64,000 bases of DNA from Trichosphaerium sp. ATCC 40318 (GCA_038496445.1 JALMLS010000120.1:52188-116187); one strand, 5' to 3'; positions 23,916-37,714 are shown, counted from the first letter of the stretch. The notes: generated from the letters alone by a model not told the origin. Numbers and translations: made by a program.

Positions 23916-25763
23916 TTACATTTCGTTACGCGAAGGCGCAAGCTGTCGCTTCTCATACAGAGATTCTGAAAAAAATTGTGCGCTCACTACACGCCCACCA
24001 AAAAATCGTCCATTTAAATCCTTGATAGCTGCAAAGCTCCCGTTAGCATAAACCTTTGTAGTTGTAGACATACCTTTAACAGCTTCTTCTCTTCGTTGGA
24101 ACTGTACAAAAATTCTTACAGCTTGATCAGGACGTGCCATTGGCGTCTATTAAACTGCATGAGGAGTTGCAGTTGTAGGTTCAAAGCATACCTCAATTAT
24201 AATTACACCCAACACAACGCCATATTTGCCACATTCCTCTCCAACTTCTTGTTCAAGCGCTGGATCAACTTCTCCTGCTCCAACCATATTCTAGCCAAGG
24301 GATTAATAAAAACAAACGAAACTACAAAAATCTAAGCGTACACGTAATAAAACCACTCTTGATGTATTTATATTTCCCTGTGCTTGTTGTCTTGCTGAAA
24401 GGAAAATGTCAGCTGTCAAAACGCACTACGAATAGGCACAATACCGTTTTTATCTATAATTACGCCCTGTCTTCCATCTCCTGTTTGTCTTGCCATGATT
24501 GGTACAGCTATGCCTTGCTCTTGCTTACCGACGCCTGAAGAAAAGAATGCGTGAGTACAAAGCCGACATTGTAATGAAACTAACCGTGTCCTTTTCCCTT
24601 CCAACCATATGATTTTAATATCTTCTCACCAAATGATTGTTTCTTAGCTTTCTTTTTCCCTCGCGGTTTTTGTGGTTGTACTGGCTTTACTGGCTCTTGT
24701 GTATTTAGTAGAGGGAACGTTAAGCCACCAGGTAAGTCAATAGGCAGTCCTATCCGTGATTAAAGAAGCGAAAAAGAAATTTAAAAGCTAGTCTACAAAA
24801 ATGTCTTACCATCGATATCTTCACCGTCAATATCTTCACCATCAATATCATCATCATCGTCACTCTCGTCTTGTTTAACAATCTCTTTAGGCTTTTTAGA
24901 CACTTCCACTAATGGCTGCTTTAACGTTGTATCAACATGCTGCAATGACGCAGTAATCTCTCCAAAGGGGTTCGTGGGCATTGGCATGGGAATAGAGGAG
25001 TCAATAGCTGTTATAAGAGTGTCAGTATAGAAAAAATGGACCAAGACATTATTGTTCCTCACCAGCAAGTTTCTTTTTATCAATTAAATAGTCATCATAT
25101 TCATTAGGCTTCCTGGGATCGTATGGGTCTGCAATATTGCCAGGGAACAAGGATTCTGGCATTGCCATTGGCGCTAGCACTGGTTCATTTTTCTGCATGC
25201 GTTAATACCAACATTGTGGTGAATTGAAGGCTATTTGCTCAATAACGGCAAAAAGCAAAGAAAGTTTTTCTCTTTTTTGAACGTTATTTTAAATGTTGTG
25301 CTTACTTTGCGGTATGGTGGTCTTTGTGGTGTTGATAGCTTGCGTCGAGGGCGTACTCTAGCAGGTTTTTTTTTTAATATTCTTGGCTGAGGTGGATGGA
25401 TTAGTATTCCAAGAGTTATTCTTGGTATCTCTGGAGGTCATACTTTTAGAGGGCGAGGCTTCAGGGAGCGAGGGGTCATGAGAGTGCGTGGTTTCATAAC
25501 TTCCCTCACAGGCTCTGTAAAACGCATTAAAAACATAAAAGCACGTTACTGGTAGTACTTTTGTTCAGTTGTGGCCCCTTTGAAATAGTTCCCACAACAT
25601 TGCCTGATTTAGCTCCCTGAGTTGTATGTTGTCGTTTAGCAGCCGGTTTCTGATACCATTAGCAATTATTACAACTAATTTACAGTACAGTTGCTGGATC
25701 GCCGTCTGCTGGTCGTTTTTGACCTGTTTCTTCAACGTCATCGTATATACCCCAAAACGCCAT
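23916..25763 (-). CDS. RBM17: splicing factor 45 (SPF45/RBM17): SF45 motif, G-patch, C-terminal UHM/RRM
   Basis: DPYDPRKPNEY motif. G-patch FGEKILKSYGWxGK..G.GKQEQGI. UHM region NMVGAGEVD..LEQEVGEECGKYG, VRIFVQF and DLNGRFFGGRVV. Confidence 0.88.
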
Positions 25764-25909
25764 TGTGTCTCGTTGTTGACGAGAAATTTAAACTGGTTTT
25801 AACTATGACTTAAAGCTTTTCATTTTTTGAGCGCTCAGGCGGCAACGAGCACGTAAATAGCGGCCTCCAATAACATGTCAAAAAACAGCTGTTGTTTTGA
25901 TCGTTAAAC

Positions 25910-27159
25910 ATGGAAGAGGATATACTAACGCGCGATGATATACTACAACGTATAGAGGAGATAAAAAGCAAGGGTAGAGAATCATGGTGCGCTGTTTTAA
26001 CTAAATTACATTAAATGTCATTACACACGCAAAGTGAACGCTTTTAACCGTATACTAACGCTTTACGTCAGGACCAACGAACAAATCTATCAAGCGCTGC
26101 TTAAGAACAATTTTTCAGTCCCAGCGGCACGTCTTGAGCTCCAACTCGAAGATAGTACGTCCTGTAACGGCATTACACTTTTTATTAGAAAAACTTTGTT
26201 AAAACCCAATAAGCAATGTCATCATACTTTTACACGCGTAATAACGCGTCTACGATACATTTTAGTCGTTTTCGAGCGTTTAGCATCAAAATTCACTAAA
26301 ACCACTTTACAAAACGTACTATTAGTGTAGACAACATATACAGTGCCACCACTGACTTCTGCGAACAGGTAATGTAGAAATATCAACAGCAAAAGAAACA
26401 CCAGGAGAACCTTCTGACTTTGACGCATTCATTAAACAAGACGATGAATTGCAACAACAAAAGAAACAACGAATATTAAACGAAGCTAAAAATCAAATGA
26501 CATTAGATGATTTGTTATGGAAACATGACGATGATAATGGATTTAATGATGATGATTGTGAGCTTGATGATGATTTTGTAGTAAAGAAGAAGAAACATAA
26601 AAAAACAGAACCTGTTAGCAGGTATGCTTTTCGGAATAAGCTTCGACAAGTGAGGAACAATGGTCCTAAATCGAACGTGAGATATTTTTTTTTTGCTCTT
26701 TTTTTTTTGGTGCTGTTTGTTTGGTTGTTGGCTTACTCCTTTAAATAGTTTATAAACACGTTCTTGAATGGCGCAGATGATATTGATGATATAGAAGAAG
26801 ATGTTCATTCGCCTAAGAAGAGACCTAGGAAAGAAGAGATGGAAGATATTATAGCTGATGAAGCACTTCAATCTCCAAAAAAAAAAGCTAAAACAAATGT
26901 CTCAATTGACCTCACAAATGAGTCACGGGATGTTCAAAAACTATCACGTGATACAGATATGACACCAAAAACAAATAAAGGTACGCAATTGACACTCATA
27001 TTTGTTATTCATGCATGTTGTTTAGATAATGTATTTGCTACATTTGTTGCTGAAGTTTCTGAATCGGAAAAAAAACAAGCAGACAAAGATAAACTAGATC
27101 TAACTCTTCCTGACTTTTTCTTTCCTGATGACGATGATGATGATAACCTAGACTTTTAA
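25910..27159 (+). CDS. hypothetical acidic/basic multi-exon protein with possible UBA/CUE-like N-terminus
   Basis: ATG at 25910, divergent from RBM17. TNEQIYQALLKNNFSVPAA segment and NLS-like KKKKHKK and PKKRPRK. Ends DDDDDNLDF-TAA. Confidence 0.5.
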
Positions 27160-27336
27160 TGTAAACTACTAAACCTAAAAAAAATCCCTTTTGAAGTCTG
27201 AGTTTGAGATGCTGACGCAAGAGCACACACGAAAAATCCAAAAACCCAAAGAGACAAAGAGACAATAATATGTACATAAAGCTTTTTCTTGTTCTCTTTA
27301 TTTGTTCTTTCATTTTTTATGGCATTTATTTGTTAA

Positions 27337-29600
27337 TTACAAAGCATGAAGTGGAATGCCAGCATCATTGAACCTTGTTCTTTCAAGAACAGTTTTGATT
27401 CTGTTGAATTTTGCAAGAACATCATCTGCATCATTTATCCTTACTGTCATAAAATACCTCTTCTTGGGATCACTATAAGGGTCCATTGCAAACTTGAATT
27501 TCTCTATTACAAACTGTACAGCTCTTGCAACATCATTACCGCCTATTTTATTTGTCAGACAAAAAAAAGTAAGAAAGAAATAAGAAAGTTGTTGTTTCGA
27601 AGAAGCTTCTGCGGTTTATCACGTTTCTTTTTGTTTTTTCAAAATCGTACCAAAATAATCAGGGAAACAATTGGATAGAGGTGAGTGAGGAAGTGATTCC
27701 TTTAAAAATTCTGCATCAGCAAACAAAACAAACTTTGTTTGTTTTCGGAACCATGTTGAATTGCTTAACCTCTCAAACAGTCTCAAAGCAGAAAGTATAG
27801 GTGGTTGCTCTCCTGGTCTCTTTGGTATATAATCCGCCAATGACACATAAAAAACAAGCGAACAAACAGCAGTTTGGAACTGGTTTATTATCTTGCGGCT
27901 ACAATTAAGCCGTGTGCTAAAATCTATGAACCTAAGGCACTCTGTCAATGATCACATTCTTTCCTGGTTAGATATTTACTTACTTGTATCTTGTATGTTC
28001 ATCTATAGTACATTCAAACTCATCTAATAAACCACTAGTCTCTGGAGTACGTATGTAATCTTCCTCTGAAATTTTGAATTTCTTTCCACCGAGTCTGTGC
28101 AACTGGTTTAAGAAGCTACAACAGAAAGAAACATTAGAAAATCCATCAAATGTAGTACAGTATGTGTAATAATTAAGCGTCACCATTTTCAAGAAGTAGC
28201 AAGAGTGAAAAAAATAATGAGAAACAATAGAGTAGCACAAAGAACATGGTTGTTTCATAGACTCTTTTTTTTTTTTTTGGAAATTAAAGATACTTGTAAA
28301 TTCTTTCAAAAACCTTAACTTGGCGATCATAAAAATCTAACGTACTACTTTGCATTTCTTGGTAGTTTACGTGTAAGTTTAACACGCTCATATGCATTCT
28401 GTATAGCTTTTGATTTCCAAACACTTGACAAGTACTCAGCGAGTACAGGCGTAAGACCTGTTTTATCTAATGTATCTAGCATGTCTATATCACTAGGAAC
28501 CTATGGGAAACACATTAGTAAAAGTAGAAGCCAGTTAACGCTTCAATAAAGTGATATTCAGTAGAAAATTCTCTTTTCTTTTTCTTATTTTTGAAAAATA
28601 CATACTGCTTCATCACTCGCTTCAGGTGATCGTTTTGCTTCAGCTATCAAAATACGCAATGCAATAGCACATAAAATAAGTATTTTTCTTCTACACTCTT
28701 TCTGTTCTGCGCTTGGGACATCTGGGAAGTGGAAAAAAAATTCAAGTCGTTTTACTATTTATGTCAATCAGAAAAAACAAGTAAAAAATGAGAAACAGTT
28801 TTTCTCGTCTTTACAGTCACGTACATATGACATGTTTCCCTGAATTGTCTGCGCCTATATTCATTATATTATAATACTCATTCATTTCATCTCTAGAATG
28901 CCGTATATGAGCATCAATCCCATTGGAATTTGACCTTTCCCTTCGCCATATTTTTTGTAAACATCTATGTTGTTGTGACGTCCAAAGCACTTGCTTTGGT
29001 TTAAATTCGTAATCTAAGCACATTTTAGTTTTCTCTTGTGTGTATTAATGTATGTCAATGAAACTCAAGGTTGACAGGAGGCACGTACGCCAGTAATTTT
29101 GACCTAGTTTGTAGAATAATTTCATTTTGTTTTTTGTCTTAGCACGAACCTAAGGCACTTAGTCAGTTGCTCAAAATCGGTCTAGGTGATATCTACGTAC
29201 TGTATGGGTAGAGCATAGGTATCTAAGATGCGGGACGCTATCTATAATATTTTTATACTTGCGGCAAGTCAACGCAACGCAATTCAAGTCCTTTGGTCCC
29301 AAGTGTTTTAGTAATTGTAAAGATAGCTCTACAGGGCAATCTAGTCGTATTTTAGCGTGACAAGCGTCATACAAAAGCTTCATTGAAATTCACTGCAGAG
29401 GTAATAAAATACCCGCGTACCAACGAAATAACAGTGTTCCACTGTCTCTTTTGCTTTTTTAGAACTTTTAGATGAGGATCGAGAGCGTGGTTTAGATGAA
29501 GACCGCGAGCGCGATTTTGATGATGAGCGAGCGCGTGTAGAGACGAGTTTGCGAACGCCATGTACTAGGGGGTCGTATGTAGCTACAATATGTACCACGA
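27337..29600 (-). CDS. F-box fused to a divergent heterotrimeric G-protein alpha subunit (probable pseudo-GTPase); 5' end uncertain
   Basis: Arg/Ser-rich exon, then F-box YFVDCPVELSLQLLKHLGPKDLNCVALTCRKY. GT-AG introns join this in frame to GIDAHIR..IMNIGADNSGKH, helical domain VWKSKAIQNAYER, EEDYIRTPETSG, RFIDFSTR, LVFYVSLADY, ALRLFERLSNSTWF and GNDVARAVQFVIEKF. TAA at 27337-27339. Confidence 0.78.
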
Positions 29601-30189
29601 CGCTATAAACTGTTATTCAAGGGATAAATTCAATAGTGACAGCTGTGAGTAAGTTTTTTGTTACTTTTGCACAAAACCAAAAACACTGAATTTGTTATCA
29701 GTGAGGTTAAACCGTTACTGCGTGTTGTTTTGACGTCTTAAAAAATCATACAAGTAGGTAATAACAGAAATTGCCGATTGGTTTCTTTTAGCACGCATTG
29801 TACCTGTATAGCGCTTTTTGTAGCGCGTCATTGTCTTGTAGACGATTTAGAGTTCGCTGAAGCTCGTCTCGTTCCTGGAGCAATAAGCTTGGCTGAAAAT
29901 AACTTTACTAACCTCTTGTAGCTTGCTGAGTAACGATTCCATTGCTGACTGCTAATTTTGCAGATTTAAACTTCTGTTGCTTCCACTGCTCGTTGAGCGA
30001 TATTATGACGCCAGTGCTGATGAGATAAGGACTTATACCTAATCGTGCAACAAACAAAATGTGTATTTCTAATACTATGCGCTGCCGGCCAGGCTTAGGG
30101 TCCTTAGAATGCACAGCCGTATTACACCGTTCTGTGCACTATAGCGCTTAAAACTACTAACTTAAAAGAAAACGTTCTGGTTTGTTTAT

Positions 30190-33074
30190 TGATGGTCCTG
30201 GAAATACATTGGACCACTACTTTGATACACACAAATGATTAGTCTGTTTTTACAGGTTTTGCCGCTGCGCACGTGTTAAAATAAGTGAAAAAAAAAACCA
30301 CACGAAAAAACGCGACGTACCAAAGCAAGCGTACTCGATTTTCTTGTCAATCTCGAACCTCTCACGCTTTCCACCAAATAGAATCTTTTCGTAAACAAAA
30401 TTGATAGAGAATGAGTACAGCTGCTGTTGACCTTTTTGATAAAAACAATAAGTTAGAAGGCTACTATGACCAAAAGAAGAAGCTTAGCACTTACCAGGGT
30501 GTCGTTTGTTGTATTCTCTGCAAATATAATCTGGAAAAGTCTATAAGAGTGTCTGTTAGTTGTTGGAAATCATTGTAGATGTTCCGTACGAGTAGTAGAT
30601 GCTCAAATGAAGCTGCTCTGTCCTTGTAATTTTCGTAAAACTTGAACCATCTGTGATTTTTAAAAGCTTGCACGTGTGATGCGGGAGGATCCCAACCTAT
30701 ATCTTCTATTCGAGCATAATGATCCGCTTCCCAAGTATGCCTACTGATAGCTACAAAAGAGTTACACTAATCCAACACATTGTAAATAAGCGTACCTCCA
30801 TTTCGCCACAACTCTACTGCTGTACCATCCAACAGCTTACCTGGTACAACCATGTACCAATTGAATTTCGGAGGCCCGGGCGCAAACATACTCCATTGTT
30901 GATCAGTTCGCATCATCCACACAAACCAATGGCTATCAGTTCCAGGTGATAAACTTGGTGTCAAGTTAGTTAATTGGTAATGTTATCTTTTGGACGTACT
31001 TTGTGAAACCGATTGCCCTGAAGTTAATGATAAGAACTTGGTAAAGAGCAAACGCAACAATGGCGTATTTGAACATGAGTAAAGCGAAAGCCACTCCTTT
31101 CTTTCCCATATTACATCCCTTACGACATTTATGTTTTGCGTAAGATACATCGTTCTTTTTGTGGATTGTTATGGTTTTCCTATTTGTGAGAATGTGAAGT
31201 AACTCTAGGCAATATTTGAATGGTTTCTGAAGTGTATCTGAAAGCTTGGCTAGGAACCTAAACACGCGATCTTAATAAGAATGTACGTATTCAACAAAAA
31301 TGAGCTCACCAGCCTACGTAATGAAGAAGCGGAGACAATAATAGTAGTTCTACAAAGGCTTCGAAATCGTAAAGCACAGTTCCTGAAAAGAGTGTTAGAA
31401 GCATGGTCATTATAAATAAGTACCTTCTTTATCTAGAACCACTAACCAAGTTGTATTACGGATTGTAGGTAACTTTGGTGAAGTTTCAATGTCAAAAGCA
31501 GCCATCTTTCCTTTTTTTTGACGTAAATTTCAACCAGTAATAGATAGCGCAATACCTTTGAATTGTGTGCCGTCATCCTTTTTATCACTATCAACCCCAG
31601 GTTTACTTTCGTCCCTCAATGAGTGCTCCATGTTCTGTAATGATAATATAGATGTCTCTGGGAGAAGAAAGAAGTGTTTAAACGCGAAACCAACATAACT
31701 GCCTAACCAAGATGTCTAGGTTGCTTTAACAAAAAGTTGAACATCTTTGTCGTACCTCGCTATAGAATACTTTAGCATTGGATCTCTCCTGTGAGCGGAT
31801 GTAAGGAAATATGAAGTCATCCCATATCATAGGCGGCATAAAACCGAGCAGAGCAGCCTGAGGTATCAATCCAAAAAGGCCTATTAAAGAGTTACAAAAC
31901 TTGCATAAAACAAGGCTCACGTGCCTAATCTCATAGCCGCAAAAAGCCCAGCATGCATCCCCATAGTTCCCAGCGTTCCAAATAATCTGCTCCATTGCGT
32001 ATACACTGGAGATACCCAAAAAAAGGGTCCCCAGAATTCCCTTAAATATACACTAAGACAATGATGTAAAAGTGTTTTACGCACCACCAAACAACAAGCT
32101 TCGTCATAATTATGCAAACAAACTCAAATCTTCGCAGTACTCTACCAAACAAAGTAGAGAAATAGTCCATATTAAGAGCGTAGTAAGTTGCAGTTCCTAC
32201 CGGTTAGGTTAGTCATATAATTACTACAAACGCTACACTAGCTTTACCTGTGACTTTCCACTCTGGTTCTGTTTTATGATACGTTGACATGATGTATATC
32301 AAGGCATACTGCACTAAAAGGGCTATGCTGGCTATAGACACGTGAATAGGTGCCCTGCAAACTCTAGTTAAAAAAGAATATCAGTCGTAAAATGTGTCTT
32401 ACTTTTTCGTTTGTGTTGGTCTTCCCTCTCGCTCTACCTTAATTGCAGCATCCACAGACCAATACTGTTCGAGTTAGTGAGTACATGTAGAAAAATAAGC
32501 GAGTACGTACTTCACCCAAAGGCAAGAACATTATCCAAAATAATGTCATCCGATACATGACATCTCCACCGTGACAAACAAACAAGTTTATCTCGTGCAA
32601 GCTTGATACCATCCACCATGTCATAAAAGACGAGAAAGTAGTATGATAACCAACGAGCATACAAACAGCAAAGATCGCATGACACAAAAATATAGCTGCT
32701 TGCCCGTATACGCCTAGATTTAATAAAATTAGGCGAACTATGCCTTTTCGAAAAAGAAACACGTGGGCATTATTTGTAAATTGTTTCGTACTGCCATTGA
32801 TGTGATGAAACACTACAAACAGGTCGCTGGTATGATGTTCCATCATTTCAAAGTGTCTAACAACGCCTTGATCAGAGTAATGCGCCATTAAGTCCTCACT
32901 TCTGTTCCAGAGGTCCCACAGTGTACATAGAGCAACGCAGACGCGCATTAGAGCAAGAGAGCGTTTATCGAAGCCAAACATCATCTTAAATTTGCTGTAA
33001 AGCAATACCCACCATCCTTGAGGCGTTTTAGGCAGCTTTTGGCTGAAAGTTTTATTGCTGTGGCCCAAATTCAT
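30190..33074 (-). CDS. HTTM-domain multi-pass membrane protein (intron-containing)
   Basis: FGFDKRSLALMRV..DLWNRSEDLMAHYSDQGV, HGGDVMYRMTLFWIMFLPLG, GMHAGLFAAMRLG..F, DQQWSMFAPGPP and HRWFKF match bacterial HTTM-protein motifs. 3' end approximate. Confidence 0.8.
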
Positions 33075-34749
33075 GTATTGTGATTACAGCTTAGTTGTAA
33101 CTTGCTAATGTAAGACAATACTGTCAATACGTATTTACGGTTCAACTGCAACTGTTTGAGTACTTTAAGAAGAGTGGAGATTGTTCACATTGTGAATTTC
33201 AGCACGCGATTGAGCTCTCGTAACAAGTGACATAAGGCAAACGCTTGTTTATTCTCGTTTACACTGGGTGTAGTAATACAGAGCAAAATGTACGCACCAG
33301 GCTTTTTGTTGAGACTCTAACACGTGGAACTAAAGCTCATCCTTGAATTTTGCATATGCCATGTCCGCCGTTACGTTGTTGAGAATGAAAAGTTTGTTGC
33401 GAGACTTATCACCTTTATCGAGAGTGACATCTCTCTTTTTAACGCCAAGGATAGAGGCAATGTACTCAGTAAGCTCCTTGTTTGCTTTTCCATCACTACA
33501 AACGATATTTCAGTTCTCAGAGCGTCTATATACTAGACTGAGCCAAGAGCGTACACTGGAGGCGAAGTTATGGCCAAAACAACCGCTTCATTGTCAAAAC
33601 CTAATAAATACGGTTACAACGCGACCCGACGCTCTGAACCAACCTACTACACGGGTACGCTTGGCGTTTGGTTTGGCATTTACAACTAAACGAACACGAC
33701 CATCCGAGAAGCGCCTAAAGCAACGCGGCAACTACAAAAAACTGGTGTCAATGCGTTATATTAAGAAAGTGGGCGATAAGTATTACCATTTCAGATGAAA
33801 ACAGGCTTAGTGGCCAAAATAAAACCGATTATTTACTTGTAACCACGATCAAGATTGCGATTTTCAAACGGGAAAACTAGAGGCAACCTTAAAGAGGCAA
33901 ATGAGCTTTGCGGGGCAAAAAAAAGCTGTCAAAAGGGCAATTAGCCAATATACGCAGTTTAACGTGGTACAATGGTAGGGCCGAAAAGAAACGGGATGTG
34001 TAGAAGACTTTGGAAGAATTTCTTAACTTTGATGGGCTTAAGCGATTAGTAAACTTCTGAGCGCGCGATTCATCTAACTCGCCCGCAGGCATAATACACA
34101 TACTCTGAGAAGAATTTCAAACCCTTTCAGGTGCGTCTCTGCTTACCAAAGCCAAGATGTCTCGCATCTTCTTGCTCACAAAAACCTGCACTTTTTCGGT
34201 TCAGTCCTTTCTCGAAAGCGGCTTTAAATACTAATTCAATTTGGACGTTCTGTTTTTAAGGGAAGGTGCGGTTAGTCGGCATTTATCTTAAGCCTAAACC
34301 AACACTTTACATTTGTACAACCTAATTTCATCATGCGAGAACGTTCCGCCGGCCATTTTCTTGAGAGCACCGTTTTGAAGCAAATTCGCCGAGTGCAATG
34401 TGCACAGAAGGCAAAAAGCTTCGCTCTGGCCTGTGGAACACTTCTTTGCGAAAGACGCAAGTCTTTTTCTGAAAATTTGTTCAGTATTAAATAGCCGTTG
34501 GTTCTTGCTTAAGATTAAAAACAATACTTGCTTTATGCGCCGTTACCTCTCCCTTTTATCGTCCACTACAAAAAGTTCCCTTTTACCGCTTTTTTTTTTT
34601 TGCGTTGGATTTTTTTTTTTTAACGTGTACCACAATGTGGCCGAATCAGCAATCGTCTTCCACCTTTAACTATTTGCAATAACTGCTCGAGTTTTTTTCT
34701 CCACGTGTTAGTGAGAGCTATCAACTTATCGTAACACACAAGGGTAATT

Positions 34750-37263
34750 AGCCAAAATTAGTCGTCGCAAGAAGAAGCAGGAGGAGGACGAAGATTTCGT
34801 ACCTGATGAAGAGGTCGATCTAGACATCCTCGATGATGAACGGACACTGATACAAGCCGAAAAGGAAGATAAAGGTGAAATCGTTGAGGATCCAGATAGA
34901 GAAGAAGATGATGACTTTGATGATGAGGACGTATGACACCAAAGCGCTTTTATATTTATTTCTTTTTTGTTTTTGTTTCCCCGCTTTTCACCTTTTTTTT
35001 TTGTACGTTTGGCGAAGTTTATCTCAACACACTGCTTTAGCCTAGCGTACGTTTGGTCGTTTTTGACCTTTTTTTTTGTTTTTATTGAACATTTATGTAT
35101 TACTATATTTCTGTGCTTAGTCAGCGCTTGCTGTGTTTACTATGTGCTTACGTTCTCTCCTTGTAGAATTATTACAAAGATGAAGGCCCAGCCATTGAGT
35201 TACTAGCTCGAGGAGGTTACAACGGTCAGGACATATCTATTTCTGTTCATGGCACTGGTATGTATTTGTCCCTTTTTGTTTCTTTGTGATTAATAACTCA
35301 AAAGGCCTTGAAACTTGTTATATAAACCGAGAAGCCGGCTTCTTCGTACAGGTACGACCTCAATTGACTGACACCTTATCGTTTGTTGCCTGGCTGCTCT
35401 AGGCAAAGCGTGGGCAACTGTTGAGGGTAGTATTCGAGCAAAGATTAACTTTAAAACTAGGTCAAGACAAAAGAAACTGGTCAGCCAGTAGACGTAGACT
35501 ACAGGCAAATAAGGATTGAAATGACTGGTCCTGATTCAATTATACCTATGGTATTGAAGTCAAAAACGGTAAGCGCTGATAAAACTGAACGTTTAAAAAA
35601 GAACGTTTCTCTTATATTCTTGCTAGGGATGCTTTGAAGTGAGTTATATTCCAACTGTTGCTGGCGATTATCAGATCAGTCTTCATATTTTAAATTCAAC
35701 CAGTCCACCAATCAGCGTCACTTGTTACAGTAAGTTAAAGGCTTCGTAATTTCTTTTTTGACGTTTGTAAACGCTAAATCACATCATAGATACTGGTCGT
35801 GATGCTATACACAAGCGTCGACTCGCTGAGACACCTCTTGATAGCTTTGTTGCTGAACAACCTGTGCGAAAACGACAAAGAACAGAGGTATGATTTTATT
35901 ATCGACGTTTTACACAAAGTTTTAATTTTTACGGTTTTATGAATCTCATTTTCTCACTGTATTTGTAGCATCACCCACAACCTACATATGGCGGTATGCA
36001 TGCTGGTATGGGCACTCTTGGAGGCATACCACACATGCCTGGTATGGGCGGACACCCTAATTATTATAATCCTGCTGCAAACGTACCTCAAGTTCAACAC
36101 CAGCCACACGCCGTTCCACAGGCTCCAGTAGGCGCACCACAGCCTCCAGCTCAGGACTACTCAAAATCTGTTGAGGTGTACAGACAAGCTGCTGCAGACG
36201 GTAGCGCTGAAGCGCAATACAACCTGGGTGTGATGTACTCCCATGGTCAAGGCAGTCACGGTGGTCCCGCAGGTAGTACGTATAACCTTTGACTCATACG
36301 TTTGTAAACTTGAGCTTTCACTTTGTAATGTGTTGCTTCCCTGTTGTTTTTGACTGATTCTGCAGGAGTAGCAGTCAATAAAGCAGAGGCTGTAAAATGG
36401 TACAAAATGTCTTCTGAGAAAGGTTTCTCTCGTGCTCAGTACAATCTCGGTGTTATGTACCGAGACGGCGATGGTGTTCCACGAGACTTCCAAGAGGCTC
36501 ATAAATGGTTCTTGAAAGCCGCAGAGCAAGACGATTGGAGAGCTCAAGTATGTCGGCGAAGTTGTTGTTATAATTTTAGTTTTTTTATCTTTTTTTGAAC
36601 GTTAAAATGTGAACATTTGCTCACTGTGGTGTCTAATAGGTGAACCTCGGAGCTATGTATCAAGAGGGACAAGGTGTATTACAAAGCTATCCGCAAGCTA
36701 TGTTTTGGTACGTCCAAATAGAGCCTAGATTTTGCAGGTATTTGTCAGCAGCTTAATGTTTTTCTTTGTCTTAGGTATAAAAAAGCAGCTGATTTGGGTT
36801 TCTCCGAAGGATTTTACAATGTTGCTGTACTGTACGATAAAGGGTTGGGTGTGAACCAAAACAGACAAGAAGCTATAAGGTGGTATACCACAGCTGCCAA
36901 CAAAGTGCGTCAAAAGAAAAAAAAAAAGCATAAGAAAGCAACATTTTGTCTAAATTGTATTCTATAGGGTAACCAAAACGCTCAGTTTAACCTGGGTATC
37001 ATTTATGGTCAAGGCAAGGGCGTAGATCAAGATTTTCATCAGGCTTTAAAATGGTTCAAACTTGCTGCAGAGCAGGGAGATAATGAGGCTCATGGTACGT
37101 GTAATTTCTTAACTTGGAGTTTTTTTTTGTTTATCCTTGCAAAACACAACAGAAATTTGGATATCGCTTTTGATGCTAACTTTGCATAGCGTATGTGCAA
37201 AATATTGAGAATATCACAAAGAACAATAACATGGCCGGTAGTGCTGGAATCCATGGAAGTTAA
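34750..37263 (+). CDS. Sel1-like repeat protein with acidic N-terminus, filamin/ABP280-like Ig repeat and Pro/Gln/Gly-rich linker; start codon not located
   Basis: Filamin-type IEMTGPD...GCFEVSYIPTVAGDYQISL. Five Sel1 repeats such as AQYNLGVMYRDGDGVPRDFQEAHKWFLKAAEQ. TAA at 37261-37263. Confidence 0.8.
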
Positions 37264-37714
37264 AAGCGCGCTTGTTTTTTTTGCGCAGCATTCCTGTGGC
37301 ACACACCTTGAAAAGCTCTTACTCCCCTTTTCTTGTTTTTTTTGATATAGTACATAAAATAACGATTAACCAACTCTTTTTGCACTTGCTTGTTTGCACT
37401 TGTTTCGATTTTTGACCATAGATACGTTACGTAAAGTAGTCACAACCAAGGCATTATTAATACAGAACTTGTCCCACCTCAGAATGTTGCTACGTGTCCT
37501 CTGAAAGTTACGTGCATAATACCATTGCTAGACCAGTAACCAGCTATTCTGAATGTCTTGACCGTTGGTTTGAATGTTGAAAAAATAATATACCCAGAAT
37601 GATTGTACCTACTCTGAAATATGATGTCACTACATAAGTTGCTGTACCTACTCTGAAAGCTCTAGTGCCAGTTCTTTTTTGAAAAGACCGTAAGATGATA
37701 ATAGAAACAAAACG

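Noticed and set aside
29740-29942. Coiled-coil exons (MESLLSKLQE/ERDELQRTL..) as the 5' end of the F-box-G-alpha gene
   Set aside because: Plausible, but I could not join them in frame to the Arg/Ser-rich exon, so they are left out of the model.
33300-34520. Several 60-150 aa ORFs and a RING-like CAQKAKSFALACG fragment
   Set aside because: No consistent exon chain or complete metal-ligand set. It may be a decayed gene but cannot be supported.
37600-37660. Direct repeat tgtacctactctgaaa x2
   Set aside because: Only two short copies, with no array or terminal structure.
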